64,000 bases of DNA from Malacoraja senta (lineage: Eukaryota): the NCBI GenBank assembly GCA_038087875.1, contig CM075996.1, forward strand, positions 7,070,001 to 7,134,000, in the 5' to 3' direction. Each line of letters begins with the position of its first letter. Position 1 is the stretch's first letter. The notes beneath the pieces are model-generated. The model worked only from the letters and a program-made list of their open reading frames with translations. It did no database searches and had not been told where the DNA came from. Shown piece after piece: positions 50,204 through 63,589 of this stretch. Made by a program: the position numbers and the translations under genes.

Positions 50204-52611
50204 GTAGGTTCAGATTTTTATTTGGTTCATCTAAAAATTGTAATCGATGATCCTAAATTTCATTGTTCCCCGTGCTTGGGCTACTGTGTCTCTACTTTAA
50301 CTTTCCACTTCCCTCTGAGTTTAGTTTAGTTTAGTTCAGTTTAGGGTTGCAGTGCGGAAACGGGCCCTTCGGCCCACCGGGTCCGTGCTGACCAGCGATC
50401 GCTCCGTACAATAACACTATCCGACACACACTGGGGACAATTAACCAAAGCCAATTAACCTACAAACCTGCACGTCTTTGGAGGGTGGGAGGAAACCGGA
50501 GCACCCGGAGAAAACCCACATGGCCACAGGAAGAGCGTACAAACTCCGTACAGACAGCACCCGTAGTCAGGATCAAACCCGGGTCTCTGGCGCTGTGAGG
50601 CTGCGACTCTACCACTGTGTCTTGCACACTGCCTTTAGTGTGTAGCGTTTGCTGTGCGGAGTTTGCACGTTCTCCCTGTGACCTCGTGGCTTTCCTTCAT
50701 GTTCACCGGTTTCCTCCCACATCCCAAAGGCGTGCAGGTTTGTAGGTTTATTGACCTCTGTAAATTATCCCTAGTGTGTAGTAGATCCCAAAACTGGGAT
50801 AATATACAACTAGTGTGAACGGGTGATCACTGGCCGGCACGGACTCGGTGGGCCGAAGGGCCTGTTTCCACGCTGTATCTCTAAACTAAACTGTGTGGAA
50901 AGCTGGTTTACAACTGCAGATGCTGGTTTAAACCGAAAATAGAGTCTCGGTTCTGAAAAAGGGTCTTGACCCCGACACGTCACCCATTTCTTCTCTACAG
51001 AGATGCTGCCTGACCCGCTGAGTTTTGAGTCTCATCTAAACTAACTGCCCCGTCCATCATCGGCTCTGACCTCCCTACCATCGAGGGGATCTATCGCAGT
51101 CGCTGCCTCAAAAAGGCTGGCAGCATCATCAAGGACCCACACCATCCTGGCCACACACTCATCTCCCCGCTGCCTTCAGGTAGAAGGTACAGGGGCCTTA
51201 AACCCCTGTCCCACGGTACGAGTTCATTCCAAGAGCTCTCCCGAGTTTGCCCTGATTCGAACTCGGAGATTTACGGTAACGGCCGCTCGTCGGTACTCGG
51301 GGCTCTCGTGGACATTTTTCATCATGTTGAAAAATCTTCACGAGTCTTCCCGTGCTTACCTGCCGTTAGCAAGTCTTCCTGAGAACCTGCCGTTAGCGCT
51401 AAGAGACGTCCCCGAGCTCCGACGTACCCGCTACGTTCATTCTCCGTGCTTACCACAAGTTTGATTTTTTTAAAACTCGGGAGAGCTCTTGGAATGAACT
51501 CGCACAGTGGGACAGGGCTATGAAGACAGCAACGACCAGGTTCAGGAATAGCTACTTCCCCACAGCCATCAATCTGGCTATTAAACTCAACTCAAACAAA
51601 ACTCTGAACACTAATAGACCATTATCTGTTTATTTGCACTTTATCTGCTTATTTATTGATGTGTGTATATATTTATATAATAGTATATGGACTCACTGAT
51701 ATGATATCTTCTGTATTCATGCCTACTATGTTCTGTTGTGCTGAAGCAAAGCAAGAATTTCATTGTCCTATCTGGGACACATGACAATAAACTCTCTTGA
51801 CTTGACTAAACACTTATCTCTTTAACTGAGCTATTGTCATAGAGATGTAGAGCATGGAAACGGGCCATTCGGCCCAACTCATCCATGCTGACCAAGGAAC
51901 CCTCCTGAGCTCATCCTATTTGCATTTAACCCATATCCCTCTAAACCTCTCCTACCTATCTACCCGTCCAAATGTATTTTAAACATTTTTAAGAAGGAAC
52001 TGCAGTTGCTGGAGAATCCCAGGTACACAAAAATGCTGGAGAAACTCAGCGGGTGCAGCAGCATCTATGGAGCGAAGGAAATAGGCAACGTTTCGGGCCG
52101 AAACCCTTCCATGTATTTTAAACGTAGTAATCGCACCTGCCTCTATCACGTCATCTAGCAGTTACCCTTCACCCGCCTCTACCCTCTGTGTGAAATACTC
52201 CATATGTGGTCTTACCAGAGCCCTATACAACTGCAGAAGAACCTTTTTACTCCTATACTGAAATCCTCTTGTTATGAAGGCCAACATTCCATTAGCTTTC
52301 TTCACTGCCTGCTGTGCCTCCCACATTCCAAAGATGTGCAGGTTTGCAGATTAATTGGCTCTGTAAATTGTCCCCAGACAGTGTGTGTGGGATAGATCTA
52401 GCGTGCGTGGGGGGGGGTCGCATACCCGGTGGGCTGAAGGGCCTGTGGCTGAATGAACGAACGAACGATGCATTGTTGTCGCGTGTGACAAGTCATCGCG
52501 ACATCCTTTGTTTTGCACAAGCTGTACTAAACAAGACCATAAGCGCTCGTTTGAACATGATGCCAGAGTCGATCCGTGTGCGCGTAATGTCCGCTCTGCT
52601 TCTTCCGACAG

Positions 52612-52763
52612 GAGTTTGTGTGAAGAACGCCCCCTGGTCCCTCCGTCGTCACCTCCGCCAGATGTGGAGGAGGGTCCCAGCAAAGTGGAAGCCCCTCCAA
52701 ACCAGACCGCGCTCAACCAGGCCGACCCCACCAGCCAGACCCTCAACAACATGATGAAGAAAG
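52612..52763 (+). CDS. SH3BP1: Exon 17, proline-rich tail: SLCEERPLVPPSSPPPDVEEGPSKVEAPPNQTALNQADPTSQTLNNMMKK
   Basis: gacag acceptor, gtgagc donor, 152 nt; phase 2 to 1 fits both neighbouring exons. Confidence 0.82.
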
Positions 52764-52943
52764 GTGAGCGATAAGCGGGGATAGCGACAACAAATAGTCT
52801 ATGATGCGATAGAACCTTATCTGCCCCAGGAGGGAAATTGGTCTGCCAATAGTCATAGAACACAACAAGAGAATGAAACGTGAAAACAAGGGGATGAGGG
52901 GGGAAAGTCCAAGATTGGGGATGTGCAAAGATTGGGGAGGGGG

Positions 52944-53095
52944 GAACAGAACCCTATCTCAGATTGACTATCTCAGAATCTCAGTTGACTATCTCAGATT
53001 GACTCTCTCAGATTGACTCTCTCAGATTGACTCTCTCAGATTGACTATCTCAGATAGACTATCTCAGATTGACTCTCTCAGATAGGGTTCTGTTC
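52944..53095. repeat. 14-bp tandem array (TATCTCAGATTGAC-like) bounded by 16-bp inverted repeats
   Basis: GAACAGAACCCTATCT at 52944-52959 and its reverse complement at 53080-53095. Confidence 0.8.
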
Positions 53096-54182
53096 AGCTT
53101 GACCGGGGTTTGCATATTAGGTTGGAGTCGGATGTGATATTTCCTTGTAGTTCTATAGGAATAGGACTACTTTATTGTCACCTGTGACCGGGTACAGTGA
53201 GATTCTTTGCTTGCGTACACAACGTATACAAATAGCGGCCACCTACGACGCTGGCAAAGTTACAAAGCATGCCGGCTCCTCCTTTTGTCCCCCCCCCCCC
53301 ACAACAGTGGTTCCCCCCATGTCAGGTCCCCTTTGTCCTTTGCCACTCCCCATTGTTCTTCCCCTCTCCCCTCACGGCGGTTCTCCGCGCTCTCACCGAC
53401 CGTCGACCGCGGGTCGACCCGCGAGGCTTCACCACCACCGAGGCCCCATCGTCGCGAGCCTTCACCACCGCCGGCGCCGAGGCCTCACCGCTGTCGACGA
53501 CCCACTTCACGCCTCCGTGGTGCCGACCCAGGCCCCAGCCGCGGGCTCCGTCGGCCGCCTCGCCCGACCCAGGCTTCTACCTGACCCGGGCTTCTGCGCG
53601 GCGATCCGGAGGCATCGAGAAGGCTACTGGCCGCGCAGCCCGTATATAAAGGAGATATATAAAGTCATGTCTTCCTTATGGTCATACACAAAGGAGATAC
53701 ACACAAAGGAAGGGCGGCACGGTGGGACGGCGGTGCAGTTGCTGCCTCACAGCGCCAGTGACCCCCAGTTCCATCCTGACTGCGGGTGCTGTCTGTATAT
53801 AGTTTGTACGTTCTCCCCGTGACCGCGTGGGTTTTCTCCGGGTGCTCCGGCTTCCTCCTACATCCCAGAGATGTAGAGGTTTGTAGGTTAATTGGCTTCA
53901 GTAAAAGTGTAAATGGCCCTTAGTGTGTAGGATGGTACTAGTGGACAGGGTGATCGCTGGTCATCGCCGACTCGTGATCTGAAGCTCGGTGGTCTCCGCG
54001 CTGTATTTCTAAACTAAACTAAAGATAGATCAAATCATATCTCCTTTATAGTTATACAATAAGGAGATGTGTAGGGTTATATTTTCTTTGTTGTTACACA
54101 TTAAGATATATAGTTATTTCTCCATTATACAAACATACATAAAGGAAATATACAGCTATTTCTCCTTTACAGTTATACATAA

Positions 54183-54358
54183 TGGACCTGTCCCACTTTG
54201 CCGATTTTTTGGGTGACTGCCACAAAGTTTTCAACATGTTTTAAAATTTTCGGCGACAATTTTTGCTGTCGTAGATTGTCGCCAGGTGCCGTAGGTGAAT
54301 TCCATTAAAACTAGTCCCTGACAGTTGCCTAAAGAGTCCCCTAAGTGGGACAGGCCCA
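54183..54358. mobile_element. MITE with TGG(A/G)CCTGTCCCACTT TIRs
   Basis: TAA and TTA flanks; lies inside an AT-rich degenerate minisatellite. Confidence 0.7.
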
Positions 54359-55089
54359 TTAAGGCGATATATAAAATTATAGCTTTATAGTTATACATTA
54401 AGACACAGTGTTATATCTCATTTATCGGCTATACATTAAGGAGGTGTATAAAGTCATATCTTTATAATTAGGAGGCTGTGTTCAGCTTCAGTGAGCCTCT
54501 CCATTGCAACTATCTGAGTCCCGTAGATACAAGGAACTGCAGTTCAAAACACAAAGTGCTGGAGTAACTCAGCGGGTCAGGCAGCATCCCTGGAGAACAT
54601 GGATAGGTGACGTTTCTGGTCTGGGGACCCTTCTTCAGACTCGGTTTGAAGAATTCTGAATTCAGATTCAACCCATTGATGATCTTTCTCTGGACACAAG
54701 AGGGCAGTTAAAGACCCTCTCCAGAGATTGTGTGTATCTATTCCAAATGACTCTGTGCTGCCTGACACACTGCGTTACTGCGGCATTTTGGGTCATTTTT
54801 TGTCTGTAAACCCATTTCACAACTTCACAAGTATAGGAGTAGAATTAGGCCATTTGGCCCATCGAGTCCCCACTCCGCCATTCAGTCATGGCAAAATCTT
54901 TGCCCCCTAATCCCATTTTCCTGATCTCCTCAAAACCCTTGACACCCATCCCAATCATTTCAGTTCTGTTTATTGTCACGTGTACTGAGGTACAGTGAAA
55001 AGCTTTTTGTTGTGTGCTATCCAGTCAGTGGAAAGACAATGCATGATTACAATCGAGCCATCCACAGTGTATAGGTACATGATAAGAGA

Positions 55090-55815
55090 ATAATAATAAA
55101 CTTTATTTTGGACTCAAGGTCCAGACAAGGGCCACATTACATAAAAATGCATTGCATATTAAAAAAATATCATAAAGTACATATAAAATCTTAGTATATC
55201 ACTTATAAAAGCATCATAAATTATATATTTAAAAAAACCACAATACATGAATTAAAATCCAGAATAAAAGAATGATCAATGTCCGACAACGAGACAACGA
55301 TACCAGTGTCTCCACAACTGGGATTCGTAGCGTGTAGTGCTAAACCTTATGTTTGACAAGGCCATGATAATTACATTTTTAGAGTCATTTATCCTGCAAA
55401 TGAATTTACACATATGATTTCTTAGGATAGCTTCTAAAGTACTGACTCCTGCAGCCACAAACATGTTACTAGCACTACACCATCTAGGTTTCCTTAGCAG
55501 TGTTCTCATGGCATCATTATATGACACCTTTAGACTCTGCAAACTTGTCTTTCCATAGTTCGACCACAAGTGCGCAGTATAGAGTGGTGTGCAGTATGCT
55601 CTAAATAGCGACATCTTCACCACATCTGTACACGCACCAAACTTTCACAAGAGATTATTCGCCTGTACATACAGCATACGTCGTTGCCTATAAATATACT
55701 CATCATCTGTCATTTGTTCTGTAATAAAATGCCCAAGATATTTTACCTTATTACAGACACTAAGATTATTGTCAGACAATTTAAAATCAGGAAATTTTAG
55801 ACATTTATCCTCTTT
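55090..55815 (-). mobile_element. AT-rich non-LTR retrotransposon 3' fragment of a different clade (possibly Proto2-like)
   Basis: ORF2-like tail SLFRAYCTPLYTAHLW...YNDAMRTLLRKPRWCSASNMF; AATAAA and (TTA)n end on the minus strand. Confidence 0.55.
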
Positions 55816-57288
55816 AATTTAACGTTTTAACAGTAAAGTCTGATCAAAGATAGTCCGAGGGTCACAATGAAGTAGATAATAGTTCAGGACTGCTCTCTGG
55901 ATGTGGTAGGATGGTTCAGTTGCCTAATAACAGCTGGGAAGAAACTGTCCCTGAATCTGGAGGTGTGCGTTTTCACACTTCGGTACCTCTTGCCCGATGG
56001 GAGAGGGGAGAAGAGGGAGCGGCCAGGGTGAGACTGATCCTTGATTATGCTGCTGGCCTTGCCGAGGCAGCGTGCGGTGTAGCTGGAAGGGAGGTTGATT
56101 TGTGTCATCCGCTGCGGGTTCACCACCAGTTTTCCAGTCACCCTTGGTTCCAGAGCCTTTCCGGATGATCCGTTTTGCCAGACCGACAGAGGTCACGGCC
56201 TCCGAGAGGAGTCCAACGCTACCGGAACAGTTCCTTGCCGTCTTGGATCGAGCTGTTCCCAAAACCGCGCCCAAGGTTCGTTGTGTCAGGGTGAAATCAC
56301 CCAGAGAGTTCTCTGTCACAGAAGGCAGCGGAGGCCAATTCACTGTATATTTTCAAGATCAGAATCAGAATTAGAATCGCACATTATTCGCCAAGTATGT
56401 TTTGCAACATAGGAGGAATTTCATTGGCCAGGTCAGTCATACAATTAAAAGCAACAGATCACTCCAATAAAACACATTTTAACACAAACATCCACCACAG
56501 TGACTCCAACACATTCCTCACTGTGATGGAAGGCGGAATAAAGTTCAAGTCCCTTCCCTTAGCTCTTCCTCGGTCAGGGGCCTCGTTGACGGGATGGTCT
56601 TGACTCCCGTAGCCGACGGCGTTCGGGCCCTCCGCGTCGAGGCGATCATCTCCCGCATCGGGGGGATATCAGCTCCCCCGTGCCGGGCGATCGAACCTCG
56701 CGTCGGGGCTGGTCGATCCTTCCGCGACGTTGGAGCTTCCCGACTCGGCCTCGCCCGAAGACTGCGAGCCCTTGATGGTAAAGTCCGCGGTGGTCGCGAT
56801 CCCAGGCAAGGGATCAGCCCCGATGTTAAGTTCATGCCCTGCGATAGGCTCAAAGTCAGTCCGAGGAGGCCTCCAGCTCCATCGATGGTAGGCCGCAGAG
56901 CGCCTGGAGAATGTGATCCGAAAAGTAATCACATCTCCGGGAAGGTAAGAAATAGAAAACAAGTTTCCCCCGATCCCCTCCCCCTCCCCCCACACAAAAC
57001 AAATCGAAGACATTAAAACAAACTTTAACACTAAAAAATAACAAAATAATGAAAAAAGGAACAGACTGCCGGCAGGGCAGCCATCGCCCCGGGTGAGAGA
57101 GTTAATACAGCTCTTGGGGCTAACGGAATCAAGGGATATGGGGGGAAAGCAGGAACGGGATACTGATTTTGGATGATCAGCCATGATGATATTGAATGGT
57201 GGTGCTGGCATGAAGGGCCGAATGGCCTACTCCTGTACCTAATTTCTATGTTTCTAAATGCGAGGGTTTTTTTGCTTCTGTGTTTCAG

Positions 57289-57753
57289 TGAAGAAAGCCG
57301 TGCCGTCGCGACCCACCTTCCCACCGCCGCAACACCCGAAGGCCAGCCTGCCCTGGACCTCGAAGCCCATGTGCGCCTCCCTCACCCAGACGACCGACGA
57401 GAGGACCATCGTCCGCCGTGCGACTGCCTGCCCGGTCCGGGTGCCCGCCGTGCCCCCGCCCCCCGTCCCGGCCCCCGCACCCACCAGCGCACCACCAGCC
57501 TGGGCTCGGCCCGCGTTCGGCTGGGCGACCCGCCGGAGCCCGCCGCGGACTGCGGCAAGCGGCCGCCGGAGGCCTCGGTGAAGAGGACCATCCCGGAGAC
57601 GGCGCCCTGCCAACCCCGCAGCCCGCAGGTCAGCTGGGACAAGGAGTCGCAGCCACAGCCAACGGACAGGGTCAGGGGTCCTCTCCGCCAGTCAGGCCAT
57701 GCTCTCCGGGACCAAACCCAGAGTGAAAGGATCACCGAGCGAGGAGAGAAGTG
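57289..57753 (+). CDS. SH3BP1: Exon 18, proline-rich: VKKAVPSRPTFPPP...VPAVPPPPVP; stops at 57581 as assembled, probably frameshifted near 57472-57476
   Basis: tttcag acceptor in phase with exon 17. KKAVPSRPTFPPP resembles recalled human KRPAPARPTMPPP. The 3' boundary (gtacgt at 57754) is inferred. Confidence 0.7.
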
Positions 57754-59079
57754 GTACGTGAGGGCGTGAGGCGCTATGGGGAGAAGGCAGGAAAATGGAC
57801 GGGAGGGTCATGAGGGAGAGGGATATCATAATCACATATCATATACCACAAGCGGTCTGAAGAAGGGCCTCGACCCCAAAACGTCGCCCATTCCTTCTCT
57901 CCAGAGATGCTGCCTGTCCCGCTGAGTTACTCCAGCATTTTGTGTCTTTCTTCGCTTTAAACCAGCATCTGCAGTTCCTTCCTGCACGTATGACGAGCGT
58001 TTGACGGCACTGGCCTCGACCCGCTGGAGTTTAGAAGGATGAGGGGGGGGCCCTCGTTGAAACGTACAAAAATAGTGCAAGGCCTGAGAGAGTGGATGTG
58101 GAGAGGTTGTTTCCACGAGTGGGAGAGTCTAGGACTAGAGGTCACAGCCTCAGAATAAAGGATGTTCCTTTAGGAAGGATTGAACAGGAATTTATTTACT
58201 CAAAGGGTGGTGAATCTGTGGAATTCTTTGTCACAGAAGGATGTCAATGGATATTTTTTAAGGCAGAGATAGTCAAAGTCTTGATTAGTACGGGTGTCAG
58301 GGGTTTTGGGAGAAGGCGGAATAGGGTTAGGAGGGAGAGATAGATCAGCCATGATTGAATGGTGGAGTAGACTTGATGGGCCGAATGGCCTAATTCTCTG
58401 ATTGTCCCCCTACCTCCTGCTCACAGTTTAGTTTTCCTCCCCTATTTGTTCCACCTGCCCTTCCCCCCCTCATCCTTCAGACTGTGGAGATACCTGCGGC
58501 CCACCTAGTCCACGCCGACCAGCAATCATCCCACTCACTGCAGATGCTGGTTTACACCGAAAATGCTGGAGTAACTCAGCGGGACAGGCAGCATCTCTGG
58601 AGAGAAGGAATGGGTGACGTTTCGGGTCGAGACCCTTCGTAATCCCTCTTAAGGGACTGGACGCGCTAGATGCAGAAAAATGTTCTCGTGTTGGGGGAGT
58701 CCAGAACCAGGGGTCACAGTTTAAGAATAAGGGGCAGGCCGTTTAGGACTGAGATGAGGAAAAACTTTTTCACCCAGAGAGATGTGAATCTGTGGAATTC
58801 TCTGCCACAGAAGGCAGTGGAGGCCAATTCACTGGATGTTTTTCAAGAGAAGAGTTAGATTTAGCTCTTAGGGCTAACGAAATCGAGGGATATGGGGAGA
58901 AAGCAGGAACGGGGTACTGATTGGGGACGATCAGCCAAATGGCCTACTTCTGCACCTATTTTCTATGTTTCCATGTTTCTATGTGATGTTGGTTGAATGG
59001 GAGAGCATGTTTGTGAAGCTTTGTCTCCTGTGGTTCTTGCATCCGCTTGAGGAATATTACCACCTCTGTGTCCCTGCAG

Positions 59080-59158
59080 GTCGTCAGGAGCAGTCACCAG
59101 ATGCCACCACCGGGGGGCACCTCTGACAACTCACCCTAACCCCAACTACACGGCCTAG
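59080..59158 (+). CDS. SH3BP1: Possible last coding exon (SSGAVTRCHHRGAPLTTHPNPNYTA*)
   Basis: Unique sequence after a tgtgtccctgcag acceptor. The frame depends on the exon-18 correction and there is no homology support. Confidence 0.3.
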
Positions 59159-61160
59159 AATCGGGCAGCGCAGGAGCACCTGACGTGGAGGTGGTTTTCT
59201 TGGCCTCCACTTCATTGCAATGAGAGCACGGTAACTCGGGATCTTTAGGCTTCGTGTAGTTTAGTTTAGAGATACAGCGCGGAAACAGGCCCTTCGGCCC
59301 ACCTAGACCGCGCCGACCAGCGATCCCCGCACACCAACACTGTTCCTACACACACTAGGGGCAACTTACAATTTTACCCAAGCCAATTAACCTACAAACC
59401 TGTACGTCTTCGGGATTTGAGTGGAAGCCGGAGCTCCCAGAGAAAAACCCACGCAGGTCACGGGGAGAACGTACAAGCTCAGTACAGACGGCACCCGTAG
59501 TCAGGATCGAACCCAGGTCTCTGGCGCTGTGCCGCCCCTGCCCGTTTGTTTGGGCGGGGGAGGGGGGAAATGCCAATTGACTCAGCAGATCCTAGCCTCC
59601 TTGTTGCCAGCTACAACGGCAGGAAATCTGAGGTAAGGAGTCATAGAGAGTGATACAGCGTGAAAACAGGCCCTTCGGCCCAAACTTGCCCACACCGGCC
59701 AACGTGCCCCATCTACACTAGTCCCACTAGATGGGGCACGTTGGCCGGTGTGGGCAAGTTTGGGCCAAAGGGCCTGTTTCCACCTGCCCGCGCTTGGCCC
59801 GTGTCCCTCCAAACCTGCCCTATCCATGTACCTGTCCAAATGTCTCTTTAACTTGCAATAGTCACTGTCTCATCTACCCCCTCCGGCAGCTTGTTCCGCA
59901 CACCTGCCACCCTTTGTGTGAAAAGGGGAGAGAAGAGATCGGCCGGTCCAGCAATGACCGAGGCTGTAACGCCGGATGAGAGGAGAGACCAAATCAAAGC
60001 CTGCAAACGAGCTGTCCACCACCCTCCCACAGAAGCTGCCTGACCCGCTGAGTTCCTCCAGCGCTTTGTATTTTGCTGGTTGCAAGGCAAGTTAGACTTG
60101 AGAGGAATGTCCCATTGATTCAGACAGATCTTGGCTTTCCTGTTGTCATTGGGGAAGCCACAAAGGCCCGGATAGAGTGGATGTGGAGAGGATGTTTCCA
60201 CTAGTGGGAGAGTCTAGGACCAGAGGGCACAGTCTCAGGATTAAAGACGTTCTTTTAGGAAGGAGATGAGGAAGAATTTCTATAGTCAGAGGGTGGTGAA
60301 TCGGTGGAATTCTTTGCCACAGACGGCTGTGGAGGCCAAGTCAGTGGATATTTTTAAGGCAGAGATCGATAGTATGGGTGTCAGGGGTTATGGGGAGAAG
60401 GCAGGAGAATGGGGTTCGGAGGGAGAGAGAGATCAGCCATGATTGAATGGTGGAGTGGACTTGATGGGCCGAATGGCCTAATCCTGCTCCTACCTGTATC
60501 ACTAATGAACAAAGGCAGGAGGGATGAGGAGAGGAGGGAAGAGCCCGGCAGATCCAACAAAGACTGTGGCTATGACGCTTTGGGGTGGCACGGTGGCGGA
60601 GCGGGTAGAGCTGCTGCCTCGCTGCGCCAGATACACGGTTAGATCCTGACCTCGGATGCTGCCTGTGTGCGGAGTTTGCACGTGCTCCCTGTGACCGCGT
60701 GTGTGGGTTTCCCCCCAAGACGTGCGGGTTTGAAGGTTCATTGGCCCTCTGTAAATTGTCCCCGGTGTGCAGGGAGAGGATGGCAAAGTGGGATAACATA
60801 AAACTAGTGTGTGTACGGGTGATCGCTGGTCGGCGAGGACATGGAGGGCCTGTTTTCCACACTGTATCTCTGGACTAAAACTAAATACCGGTCTATGTTA
60901 GCCCGGACTGTGTGCTTAGATGTTCGCAATGGGAATTGAACCCACGACCTGCTGACTCAGGGCAGAGAGCGTAACCCCGCTGGCTCCATGGTGAACTCTG
61001 CAGGTCAACACAGTGGGCTTTGAGTGAGGGGCTGGATCACCCCTTCCCTCAAAGCCCCCTCAATACGCCTCAGCCCACGTATCACAACTGCCGTCGTCTG
61101 TATCCACTGGACCACAACCCTGACTCCAATCGTCTATATTTTGTACAAATATCTCATTAA

Positions 61161-61440
61161 AGCCTCTGTCCCACGATGCGAGTTTACCCAAGAGCTTAAA
61201 AAAAATCAAACTCGTGGTAAGTACGTAGAATGTACGTAGCGGGTACGTCGGAGCTCGTGGATGTCTCGTAGCGGCTCGTAATGCTAACGGCAGGTACTCG
61301 GGAAACGCGGAAACTCGTGAAGTTTTTCAACAGTGAAAAATTTCCAAGAGTAAAAAATACTTGTGATGAAGTACCACGAGTTTGATTTTTTTTTAAACTC
61401 GGGAGTGCTCTTGGGTAAACTCGCATTGTGGGACAGGGCT
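61161..61440. mobile_element. MITE with CTGTCCCAC TIRs in the putative 3' UTR
   Basis: Inverted termini with TAA on both sides; opposite orientation to the 46206 copy. Confidence 0.7.
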
Positions 61441-61506
61441 TAAGTCTCAGTGTAAATACTATGTGAATCTACTTGTATGTAATTTAAATTTGCCTGATGC
61501 CTCTAT

Positions 61507-61512
61507 AATAAA
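61507..61512 (+). terminator. Candidate polyadenylation signal
   Basis: AATAAA in unique AT-rich sequence, with TGTA motifs upstream and T-rich sequence downstream. Confidence 0.45.
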
Positions 61513-63589
61513 CACAATCCAATTTTCTGACTAGCTTCTCATTTATGGTGGAACAGCACATGACTTTACAGCATGTAGAGGGTCTCGACCCGAAACGTCA
61601 CCTATTCCTTTTTCTCCAGAGAAGCTGCCTGACCCGCTGAGAAGCTGCCCCATCTGCTGAGTTACTCCAGCACTTTGTGTCTATCTTTGATATAAACCAG
61701 CAGCATTTGCAGTTCTTTGTGTAGAAAGGAACTGCAGATGCTGGTTTAAACCGAAGAGACACAAAAAGCTGGAGTAACTCGGTGGGACAGTCAGCGTCTC
61801 TGGAGAGAAGGGATGGGTGACGTTTCGGGTCGAGACCCTTCTTCAGTCTGCAGTTCTTTCCTACACACTATATAAGAATGCTTCCGCACTCAAATCCTTT
61901 AAGCATTCCCCTCTCACCTTAGATCTATACCCTCTAGTCCTTGACGTTTACACCCTGGCGAAAAAGGTTTTGACTCTATCTTCCTCTCTCATCATTTTAT
62001 AAACTTCTCTCAGGTCTTCCCTCGGCCTTGGACGTTCCGGTGAAATCAATGCAAGTCTGTCCAACCTCTCTCTCTTTTGCTGGAACCCCATATAGACGAG
62101 GCAGCACCCTGGTAAATCTCCAAAGCCTGCACGTCCTTTATGTAAAGGGGCGACCAGAACAGTATTTGCTACTTCCATTCCAAATGATTCCCCTCACATG
62201 AAATTCCTACCAAAAAAAAAGGCCACTCCCAAAAGTTATGGGACTTGAGGCTGGGACTATCCCAACATTTAAGAAACAGTTGGACAGGTACAAGGATAGG
62301 ACAGGATTGGAGGGATATGGACCAAGTGCAGGCAGGTGGGACTAGTGTGGCTGGGACATGTTGGCCGGTGTGGGCAAGTTGGGCCTGTTTCCGTGCTGTA
62401 TCACTCTATGACTCTAAGTCTGGCAGAGAGTGGGGGGCGGGCGTCGGAGAGCCGTCGCCCGCGTGAGTCCCTTCAAAGAACAATTAGGGACCCGGCATTG
62501 GGGAGGGTGGGAGTCTTTGTCGGCAGCAAATAAATACGTTCGTGGCGACCCTTTGCATACTTAGATTAGTTTAGTTTAGAGATACAGCCTGAAGACAGGC
62601 CCACTGAGTCCGCACAGAACAGTGATCCCCTCACACTATCACTACCCTACACACACCAGGGACTATTCACATAGTCAGGATGGAACCCGGGTGTCTGGCG
62701 CTGTGAGGCAGCAACTCTACCGCTGCGCCACCGTGCTGCCCCATGCTCTGATTATCCCCCGACCTCCTGCTCACTCAATTTAGTTTCCCTCCCCTATCTG
62801 TTCCACCCTGCCCTCCCCCTCCTCCTTGAGACTGTGGAGATACAGCACGGAAACAGGCCCTTTGGCCCACCTACTCCACGCCGACCAGCAATCATCTCAT
62901 ACACAGCGGATACTGGTTTACACCGAAGATAGACACCAAATGCTAGAGTAACTCAGTCGAGACCCTTCTTCAGACTGAGAGTCAGGGGATAGGGAAAGGA
63001 GAGATATAGACGATGATGTAGAGAGATAAAGAACAATGAATGAAAGATATGCAAAAAAGTGACGATGGTAAAGGAAACCGCCCATTGTTAGCTGTTTGTT
63101 GGGTGAAAACAAGAAGCTGGTGCGACTTGGGGTGGGGAGGGATGGAGAGAGAGGGAAAGCAGGGGTTACTTGAAGTTAGAGAAATCAATATTTATATATT
63201 AACGGAGGAGGCCTAGGACAGAAAGGTCAATATTTTACAGCGCAAAATTGACCATTTTGCCGGTTTCTGAGAAAGGTAAGAAAGTATGCGTTTTGTGTGT
63301 TACTCGTGTATGCTGGAAGCTGCCTTGTACTCCAGAAGGACCGAGCTACTCCGTGCGTCACGCCCTTTGACCTGACGACCTTACGTGCAACCCCCCCCTA
63401 TTGAATGGCGGTGCTGGCTCGAAGGGCTGAACGGCCTACTCCTGCACCTATTTTCTATGTTTCCACGTTTCCAAACCGAAGATGCACACTCCCCAAACGT
63501 CTCGCCCATCCCTTCTCTCCAGAGATGCTGCCTGTCCCGCTGAGCTACGCCAGCATTTTGTTGGATCTGCTGACTTGACCAAATGCCAT

